The position numbers were made by a program, and so were the translations under genes. A stretch of 32,000 bases of DNA from Schaalia meyeri (GTDB lineage: Bacteria > Actinomycetota > Actinomycetes > Actinomycetales > Actinomycetaceae), in NCBI RefSeq assembly GCF_900105015.1, contig NZ_FNLK01000012.1, forward strand, positions 360,001 to 392,000, in the 5' to 3' direction. Under the pieces are notes generated by a model. That model saw only the letters and a program-made list of their open reading frames with translations, ran no database searches and was not told the DNA's origin. Numbering within the stretch: position 1 is the first letter of the stretch; each line of letters starts with the position of its first letter. Of the stretch, positions 26,182 through 32,000 are shown piece after piece.

Positions 26182-27912
26182 CTACTGGCGGTCCGATAGC
26201 TCCAGGTTCGCACGAACGACGATTCCAATTCGTTCCACCATCGCCTCGTCCACCCACGATCCGTCCAGGTCGGCCAGGCGCGGATGCGCGGGTTCCTCAT
26301 CGAACAAACGATCAAAACCCAGGATCGCCCGCCACAGGGGGATGAGCTCTTCGTGATAGGTGTGCCCGTGGCCGCCCGGAGCCGTCCCCGCGACCGGCAG
26401 ATCCGCCAGAACCTGAATGAACGTCACGAAACGCGTGAACTCGACGGTGCGTGACACGTCGCGCCCCGCACGCTCGCGCAACCAATCCGGTTGTGTCCAT
26501 ATCAGCTTCTTGTTCCACCACACGACCGGATCCGAGGGGTGCTGGGCGTACACGAGGCGCGGGAAACCCCACGGCCCCAGCTCGCGGCCGTACAGGTCCG
26601 TGCGCAGGTCCGACGGCTCGTTCACGAAGCGCACGCGCCGCGCGTTGTCCACCACGGGCGCCACCTCGGGACTACCCTTGTGCCGCGCGGCCGTCAGCGC
26701 CGCGTGCATCGGCGTAAACGCCGGGGTTCCCACCCACAGGGCGCCGTCGACACTCTCCAGCGCGTCATTTGCGCAGGAAAACACCGACTGCGACGCGAAC
26801 GCACCGAGGGACTCCCCGCACACGAACAGGGCGGGACGGTCGGCCCGGTCCATGGAATCCAGCTCGGCGCGAACCGCGCGAAACAGGACCGCCGACGCCT
26901 TTTGCGACGGCTCCAATCCCGTCAGCCAATTCAAAGCGGAGGGCACGTACGAATACTGCAGCGACGCGGTCGCGCAGTCGCCGCGCGTCAGGAACTCAAG
27001 GGGCTGGACCTGCCACTCATCCACCCATCCGGAGCCGGTCGAGGTGGCCAGCAGGATCACCGCGCGATCGAAGGCCCCGGTGCGGTGCAGCTCCGCCACC
27101 ACCGTGGACGCGGCCTGCTCGATTCCGGCGCCTCCCGTGGGCATGCCGGCGTAGACGCGGATGGGTTCTTTCGCCGCTCCCCCACTGACCTGCGCGATGT
27201 CCAGGCGCGACGGGCCCCTGCCCAGGAACACGCGCCCCTGACCGCCCACCGACTCCCACGTCACGGGCGAGGACGCAGACGCGGAACGCTCTAAGACGAA
27301 GGGCCGGTAGATGCCGCGGGCCGTACGCGTGTTCATCTGTTCCGCGTGGTGGCGAAAGAAACCGATGCCGCCGCGCAGGATCACGTTCGAGGTCAGAAAG
27401 AACACGATGACGCACACGATGGCCACGCCCACCACCACGGCCGCCGGCCTAATCATGTACGCCGCCAGCGCCGCGATCAGCATGCGTCCCACCTGGATGA
27501 AAGCCTCCACGATCGCCAGTAAACACCAGGCGACCACGACCGATCCGGCGGCTCCCAGGAGGTATTCGCCCAGGTTTTCGCCCGGCATGTTCACCAGCTT
27601 CGAGGCCTTACGTGCCCTCCGATACGACTGGATCACCGCATACAGCCACCACACGGCGAACAGGGCGGCGATTCCCACGCGGAAACCGAGCTCGACGGGC
27701 TCGGAGGCGCTGATCGTCAGTCCCGTCACGCGGATGACTCGCGTCCCCACGTTCTGGACGATGACGCCGCCCACGTAGCCGCACGTGACCAGGACGCCCG
27801 AGGCGATCGCGTGCCACGCCCACGAGCGCGCCATCAGCGAGGGCGCGACGCTGACCGCATACATGGCCAGGGCCGCGATCACTCCCAGGAACGACCAACC
27901 CATGACGCCCAT
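26182..27912 (-). CDS. Membrane-anchored alpha/beta hydrolase (Abhydrolase_9-like)
   Basis: 576 aa with about 5 N-terminal TM helices followed by a hydrolase domain with nucleophile elbow VCGESLGAFAS. Confidence 0.82.
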   Translation of the reverse strand: MGVMGWSFLGVIAALAMYAVSVAPSLMARSWAWHAIASGVLVTCGYVGGVIVQNVGTRVIRVTGLTISASEPVELGFRVGIAALFAVWWLYAVIQSYRRARKASKLVNMPGENLGEYLLGAAGSVVVAWCLLAIVEAFIQVGRMLIAALAAYMIRPAAVVVGVAIVCVIVFFLTSNVILRGGIGFFRHHAEQMNTRTARGIYRPFVLERSASASSPVTWESVGGQGRVFLGRGPSRLDIAQVSGGAAKEPIRVYAGMPTGGAGIEQAASTVVAELHRTGAFDRAVILLATSTGSGWVDEWQVQPLEFLTRGDCATASLQYSYVPSALNWLTGLEPSQKASAVLFRAVRAELDSMDRADRPALFVCGESLGAFASQSVFSCANDALESVDGALWVGTPAFTPMHAALTAARHKGSPEVAPVVDNARRVRFVNEPSDLRTDLYGRELGPWGFPRLVYAQHPSDPVVWWNKKLIWTQPDWLRERAGRDVSRTVEFTRFVTFIQVLADLPVAGTAPGGHGHTYHEELIPLWRAILGFDRLFDEEPAHPRLADLDGSWVDEAMVERIGIVVRANLELSDRQ

Positions 27913-28168
27913 TGTGCCAGGTGAGCGGGGCCTGGTTCAGGAATATACGAGGCCGAGGCAGGTTCGATGATCAAGGTTTCACAAATAGGCCTGTCAAAAG
28001 TGTCACATCTTATGAAGCGGGCGGTTTGTCCAACCGCGCGGGCGTGCGAGTCGGTTCCGCTCCAGCGGGCGCGCATCCAAGCGAAACGCTCACTCCCATC
28101 CATGCGCCTGGGCGTGAGCAGTGAACTATCGCGAATAGCTCCATTCATTGAGCGACCCACCACTTCGC

Positions 28169-28197
28169 TTGACATGTGTTTGGTCGATTTGTAGGTT
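28169..28197 (+). promoter_or_regulatory. Sigma-A-type promoter of the WXG/T7SS-like operon
   Basis: TTGACA (28169-28174), exactly 17-nt spacer, TAGGTT (28192-28197). GTG 28204 lies 7 nt after the -10, so the transcript is predicted to be leaderless. Confidence 0.55.
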
Positions 28198-28203
28198 GTG
28201 CTC

Positions 28204-28614
28204 GTGAGTGGGGATGTTGGCTTTGTTCCAGGGTCGCTGATTGAGGCGGCTTCGGGTGTTCAGGACGCGTGCGACCCGTTTGTTGAGTCGGTTTCTTCCT
28301 TGGGCGATGAGGTTGCTGGCTTGATTCCGGGTGTGAATGGTTCTTACGTGGAGCCGTTGAGCAGCTCGCTGGAGTTGTGGGGTGAGTCCTTGAAGGTCTT
28401 GTTCGATGATCTGGGCCGTTTGGTTGAGGCGCTGGTGGGGGTTGAGAACTCGTTCGGAGCGTGTGAGAGTGAGATTGTTGCTTCGCTCATTCAGGCTGCC
28501 TCTGGTTATGGCGGGGATGGCGGGGATTCGTCGGGGGTAAATCCATTCGCTTCGGAGTTGGGTGGTGCCGGTGCTTCTGCTGGCAGGGGTGCTTCTGGTG
28601 CCTCGTCGGGGTGA
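28204..28614 (+). CDS. Small helical protein with a Gly/Ser/Ala-rich tail (orfA; possible T7SS substrate partner)
   Basis: 136 aa from GTG 28204 (the track ORF starts at 28198). No signal peptide. Predicted helix-turn-helix length. It starts with V-S-G-D, as orfB does. Confidence 0.65.
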   Translation: MSGDVGFVPGSLIEAASGVQDACDPFVESVSSLGDEVAGLIPGVNGSYVEPLSSSLELWGESLKVLFDDLGRLVEALVGVENSFGACESEIVASLIQAASGYGGDGGDSSGVNPFASELGGAGASAGRGASGASSG

Positions 28615-28648
28615 GAGCCGTTTGAGAAGGTCTTGGGGGGGGAACGCT

Positions 28649-28948
28649 GTGAGTGGTGATTCGATGTTGGTGTTTCGTGAGGCGGACGCATCGGCGATGA
28701 GCGAGGTGTTCGCGAAGAAGGCGGCGTTAATGCGTGAGTTTGTGCCGGATGTGCGCGATGGGGTCGTGAGTTCGGTGGGTGATTGGACTGGCGAAGCGCG
28801 TACTGCTTGTGATGCCGCGTTGGAGCGTTTGGTGGGGCGCGGGGAGGAGCTGGCCGATTTGTTACAGTCGGCTTCTGGCGCGATGGACGAGATCCGAGAA
28901 GCGGGCATTCATGCTGAGGCGATGGCGTTCGCGCATATCGATGGCTAA
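28649..28948 (+). CDS. WXG100-family (ESAT-6-like) protein (orfB)
   Basis: 99 aa from GTG 28649, with a G-rich SD (gggggggaa) 4-5 nt upstream. Central W-x-G motif in VGDWTGEARTACD between two helical halves. Canonical length of about 100 aa. Confidence 0.72.
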   Translation: MSGDSMLVFREADASAMSEVFAKKAALMREFVPDVRDGVVSSVGDWTGEARTACDAALERLVGRGEELADLLQSASGAMDEIREAGIHAEAMAFAHIDG

Positions 28949-28960
28949 GGGAGCGAAGTG

Positions 28961-29299
28961 ATGAGCGATTTTGAGGTTGATCTGCAGGCGATGTCGTCTC
29001 TGGTGTCGTCGTTGTCTTCGTTTGAGGAGGCTGCCAAAGAGTATGACGTGGAGGATTGGGTCCCCAATTCGGGAATGCTCGACAATCCGGACGTGTGGAG
29101 TGTGACAAATTCGTTCCAGGACACTTGGGAGAAGGGCCTGAACGATTTGCGTTCGGATATTTCGGCCGCCAGCAGCGCCCTGGGTGGGGCGTTGGGCGCG
29201 TATGGGGAATATATGGAAAAGTCCAGCGAACTCATGCAGACAGTCGCCCAGGCTGCGTCTGACCTGGAGCAGTCTCCCGTTGTTGGTTCGGGGGCGTGA
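28961..29299 (+). CDS. Small acidic helical protein (orfC; EspC-like or T7SS-target-like)
   Basis: 112 aa from ATG 28961, with AAGGGAG SD at 28947-28953. No signal peptide or TM helix. Helical heptad-like sequence. Confidence 0.65.
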   Translation: MSDFEVDLQAMSSLVSSLSSFEEAAKEYDVEDWVPNSGMLDNPDVWSVTNSFQDTWEKGLNDLRSDISAASSALGGALGAYGEYMEKSSELMQTVAQAASDLEQSPVVGSGA

Positions 29300-29305
29300 T
29301 TTGCT

Positions 29306-32000
29306 GTGGGCGTGAACGCTCAGGGTGCTCCTGTTTTCACGATTGGCGGCGATCCGGGTGGGATTCGCACGCGCGCCCAGGTGATGGCGGATCGGGCGGC
29401 GGAGTTCGCTGACGTGTATTCGGGCCTCACATCCCTGAAGTCTGACGGGTGGAAGGGGCGCGCGGCGGATCGTTTCCGTGAAAAGTTTAAGGTTCAGACC
29501 CAGGGGTGGATGGACGCGCAGACCGCGTTTTCGAGTGCCTCTGCGGCTTACCTGTCCTACGCCACCACGTTGGAGAACGCACAGAACCAGTTGCCCGGTA
29601 TCCGGTCGCGGTGGGAGCAGGGCCGCGCCGCGGTCGAAGCGGCGCAGGCCAATCAGGACAGCGTTCGCAGCCAGGCCGCGTCCGCTGGCGTGCCCGCGGT
29701 GTTTGATTCTTCGTGTGACGAGGGGCCGGGCGAGGACGCCATGGCCGCAGCGCAGACGGATTTCAACACGCTGGTCGCCACTGTCAACGATGCGGGGAAT
29801 CAACTGATCTCGGCGCTCAACGCGGGGATCGCGATGCTCCCCGAACGCACATGGTGGGACGCTACCTGCCGCACGGTCGGCTCTGTGCTGGTTGGCTTCG
29901 TGGAAGCCGTCGCTGACTTGTTGAAGCTGGCATGCAAGCTTGGCGGTTTCGATACCGTATTTGATTTTGGGCGCATGCTGATGGGGGACATGTCTTGGGA
30001 TGAGTACATGGCTAAGCACGCGTATCTTCCCACCGAAACCGTCACAGGTTTGGCCAAAGCGTTATGGCAGGACCCCATTGGTTTCATGAAGGGGCTTGGT
30101 AAGGCAGTTTTAGACTGGGATGCGTGGGCCGATGACCCTGGTCGAGCGATCGGACACCTGCTCCCCGACGTGATCATCGCGGTAGCAACGGCAGGTACAG
30201 GCACAGGGGCATCCGCGGGCGAGAAAGCCGCATCAGGAGCGGCCCGCGCGGCTCGCGCGGCCCGCATCGGCCGCGAGGTTTTCAAAGCGATCCTGCCGGT
30301 CAACCCCGACGATATTCGCGCGGTATCTAAACTCGGTAAAAACCTGGTCGAAAAGCTCTCGAACCGCGGCATCAACACCACGGGCAGCGTCGCGCAGCTA
30401 TGCAACGATGCAAAGAAGATGACGAGCGCCTTGAACATAGACCACGCGGCGGTCGGGACAAACAAGTTCGCGGGGGCATCCAACCTCACCGGGGACGCAT
30501 CCCACGCTGGCCGGGGGGCTGACAATCTCGCGGGAGCCTACAACCTTGCGGGAGACACTTCACACGCAGGCCGGGGCACCAACAACCTCGCCAGTGCCTC
30601 CAACCTCGTCGGGGATACCACCCACGGTTCGAGCAACCTCTCCGGGGCCTCCAACCTCACCGGGGACGCCGCTCACGCAGGCAGGGGCACCAATGGCTTT
30701 AATGGGTCCTCCAACCTCGTCGGGGATGTCGCTCACGCTGGCCGGGGGACTAGTGGTTCTTCGGGTGTCGCCGACACGGCCACGATGGCCGAGGCGTCGC
30801 GTGGTTCGCACGCGAATGGTTACGCTCATGCGCAAGTCGGCGGCGGCTCCTACGGTGGTGATACCGGCGTTCACGGTGCTTCATCCACCCACGCGCAGGG
30901 AGCCCACCACCCCGATGGCGGGATGCCCGCGAGGGATGTGCACGCCGGATCACGCTCAGACTCCGCCGCCGGTTACAGCGACTCCCACCCGACGGCTTCC
31001 CACGACATCCAGAGTGCCCCCCGGGGTGCCTCCCACGACCCGTCCCAGGGCGGCTCCCGGGGTGCCTCCCGTGATGTGTCCAGCTCGGGCGGTCACGGCA
31101 ATCAGCCGCAGAACTCCCACGCCGCACAGGGCGGGAACGCCTCTGGCGCAGAGCGGGGCTCGTCATCGAATGGTTCGTCTTCGAGTCAAGGACACCACGG
31201 ATCCGGTCAGGGTACCCAGGGCGGCCCACAGCCCACCAACCCCGCAGCCCCCAAGCACCCCACAGGTGGGGACGCCGCTGCCCCGCAGCGCTCCCAGGCT
31301 GCGGTGAGCGGCGAGGCCCCGCGCGGCAGCGAGGCGGCCACGCCCAGCCAGGCCTCGCCCAAGCCCGCTGCAAAAACTCACGCGCCCGACGCTGACGCTC
31401 CACACGCTAAGGGGGACGCGTCCAAGCCTGCCCCCCAGGCGGAGCCATCCAAGCCCGCACCCGACACCGACCGTGCTCACGCCAAGACCCACGAGCCCAG
31501 GTCCGCGCATCCCACCCAGGACTCCCCCACCAAGACCCGCGAGCCTGCGGGAAAGGGCGAGGTGAATGAAACACCCGTCGCGGCCGACAAGCCGACGACG
31601 GAGCACCACGCCGGAAACAAGCCTGGCTCGCACGCGGGCGAGAAGCGCTCGGGGCACGCAGCCGACACGGACAATAAAAACGCAAACAACTCGGCACACA
31701 AGCAAGAACCCGAGACCAACTCCGAGGCCAACCCTGGCGAACAAGCGCACGAGGACGCCGCGAAGTCCAACAACACCAAGCAGACCACGCGCGACGACCC
31801 GACAGCTGACAAGCACGCCCCCAACGAGAAGGCAGAGGACCCCGCAGACACCAAGACCCACGGCGATAAGGACGAGACAAGCACGCCCCCGGCGAAGGAC
31901 AACGCGCACGATGCCAGGTCCGAGGCGGATAGCAGGCCCACCAAGAGCAGTGAGCCCGAGCCTGCGGAAAAGGGCGAGGTGAATGAAACACCCGCCACGG
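29306..32000 (+). CDS. Giant T7SS-signal (WXG-containing) domain protein, polymorphic-toxin-like; the 3' end lies beyond the window (orfD)
   Basis: Open frame from GTG 29306 to the window end (at least 898 aa, not in the track). The N-terminus GDPGGIRTRAQVMADRAAEF...SDGWKGRAADRFREKF...AAYLSYATTLENAQ matches the helical WXG-type N-domain of actinobacterial T7SS toxins. It is followed by repeats and a disordered region. Confidence 0.8.
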   Translation, partial: MGVNAQGAPVFTIGGDPGGIRTRAQVMADRAAEFADVYSGLTSLKSDGWKGRAADRFREKFKVQTQGWMDAQTAFSSASAAYLSYATTLENAQNQLPGIRSRWEQGRAAVEAAQANQDSVRSQAASAGVPAVFDSSCDEGPGEDAMAAAQTDFNTLVATVNDAGNQLISALNAGIAMLPERTWWDATCRTVGSVLVGFVEAVADLLKLACKLGGFDTVFDFGRMLMGDMSWDEYMAKHAYLPTETVTGLAKALWQDPIGFMKGLGKAVLDWDAWADDPGRAIGHLLPDVIIAVATAGTGTGASAGEKAASGAARAARAARIGREVFKAILPVNPDDIRAVSKLGKNLVEKLSNRGINTTGSVAQLCNDAKKMTSALNIDHAAVGTNKFAGASNLTGDASHAGRGADNLAGAYNLAGDTSHAGRGTNNLASASNLVGDTTHGSSNLSGASNLTGDAAHAGRGTNGFNGSSNLVGDVAHAGRGTSGSSGVADTATMAEASRGSHANGYAHAQVGGGSYGGDTGVHGASSTHAQGAHHPDGGMPARDVHAGSRSDSAAGYSDSHPTASHDIQSAPRGASHDPSQGGSRGASRDVSSSGGHGNQPQNSHAAQGGNASGAERGSSSNGSSSSQGHHGSGQGTQGGPQPTNPAAPKHPTGGDAAAPQRSQAAVSGEAPRGSEAATPSQASPKPAAKTHAPDADAPHAKGDASKPAPQAEPSKPAPDTDRAHAKTHEPRSAHPTQDSPTKTREPAGKGEVNETPVAADKPTTEHHAGNKPGSHAGEKRSGHAADTDNKNANNSAHKQEPETNSEANPGEQAHEDAAKSNNTKQTTRDDPTADKHAPNEKAEDPADTKTHGDKDETSTPPAKDNAHDARSEADSRPTKSSEPEPAEKGEVNETPAT
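30479..30769 (+). repeat. In-frame tandem repeat, five units of 60 nt (one is 51 nt), inside orfD
   Basis: Units start at 30479, 30539, 30599, 30650 and 30710. The encoded consensus is SNL-x-GD-x-x-HAGRG-x-x-N-x-x-x-A. Confidence 0.85.

Noticed and set aside
27967-28194. 75-aa plus-strand ORF, and the 98-aa minus ORF 27879..28175, in the intergenic region upstream of orfA
   Set aside because: Neither has an SD or family motif, and the plus ORF overlaps the predicted promoter. They are treated as a non-coding regulatory region.
29297-29314. orfC and orfD lie in the same frame, separated only by TGA plus two codons; considered stop-codon readthrough or a split or fused gene
   Set aside because: A G-rich SD (29290-29296) and GTG starts (29306 and 29312) give an ordinary reinitiation context, and orfC has a natural full length. 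Readthrough cannot be excluded without proteomics, but it is not needed to explain the sequence.
30479-30769. Regular 60-nt repeats, considered as a CRISPR array
   Set aside because: The units are contiguous with no unique spacers, are degenerate at synonymous-like positions, stay in frame within a long ORF and have no cas genes nearby. This is a coding tandem repeat.
28126-31998. Minus-strand ORFs 28126..28908, 28862..30019, 29800..30525, 30750..31403 and 31163..31998, plus the +2 ORF 30546..31307
   Set aside because: They are shadows of the plus-strand orfA-orfD frame and of its repeats, with Pro/Arg/Ser/Thr-rich or Gly/Leu/Val-rich low-complexity translations. The plus-strand genes have a promoter, SD sites, tight spacing and WXG motifs.

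Overview
High-GC window, by eye about 68-70% G+C, with an Actinomycetota-type gene set; an Actinomyces-like origin is my inference. All family names come from motif recognition and memory, since no searches were run. Most of the window is chromosomal backbone. It holds a csoR-copZ-copA copper-efflux operon, two cell-envelope clusters (GT2 + DUF2079-like; DedA + a large polytopic protein, divergent from a flippase-like/pseudokinase fusion), serS with a coupled HAD phosphatase, pheA, a lipid kinase, an FGGY sugar kinase, a TetR/hydrolase pair and other alpha/beta hydrolases. Two segments look accessory, with visibly lower G+C. (1) 12861-14849 carries a two-gene AAA-ATPase + RloB/Toprim module of the AbiL type of phage defence, wedged between housekeeping genes with no integrase. 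(2) 28169-32000 carries a sigma-A-type promoter and an apparently leaderless operon. It encodes three small helical proteins, one a clear WXG100, followed by a giant protein that runs off the window. That protein has a WXG-containing N-terminal domain of the actinobacterial T7SS polymorphic-toxin type, five 20-aa tandem repeats and a long disordered tail. This second segment is my best candidate for an undescribed system. Other oddities are a CopA whose only metal-binding (HMA) domain sits inside the nucleotide-binding domain, a cluster of three TTATCCACA DnaA-type boxes between serS and the lipid kinase, and several long perfect palindromes. No tRNA, rRNA, CRISPR array or transposase was seen.
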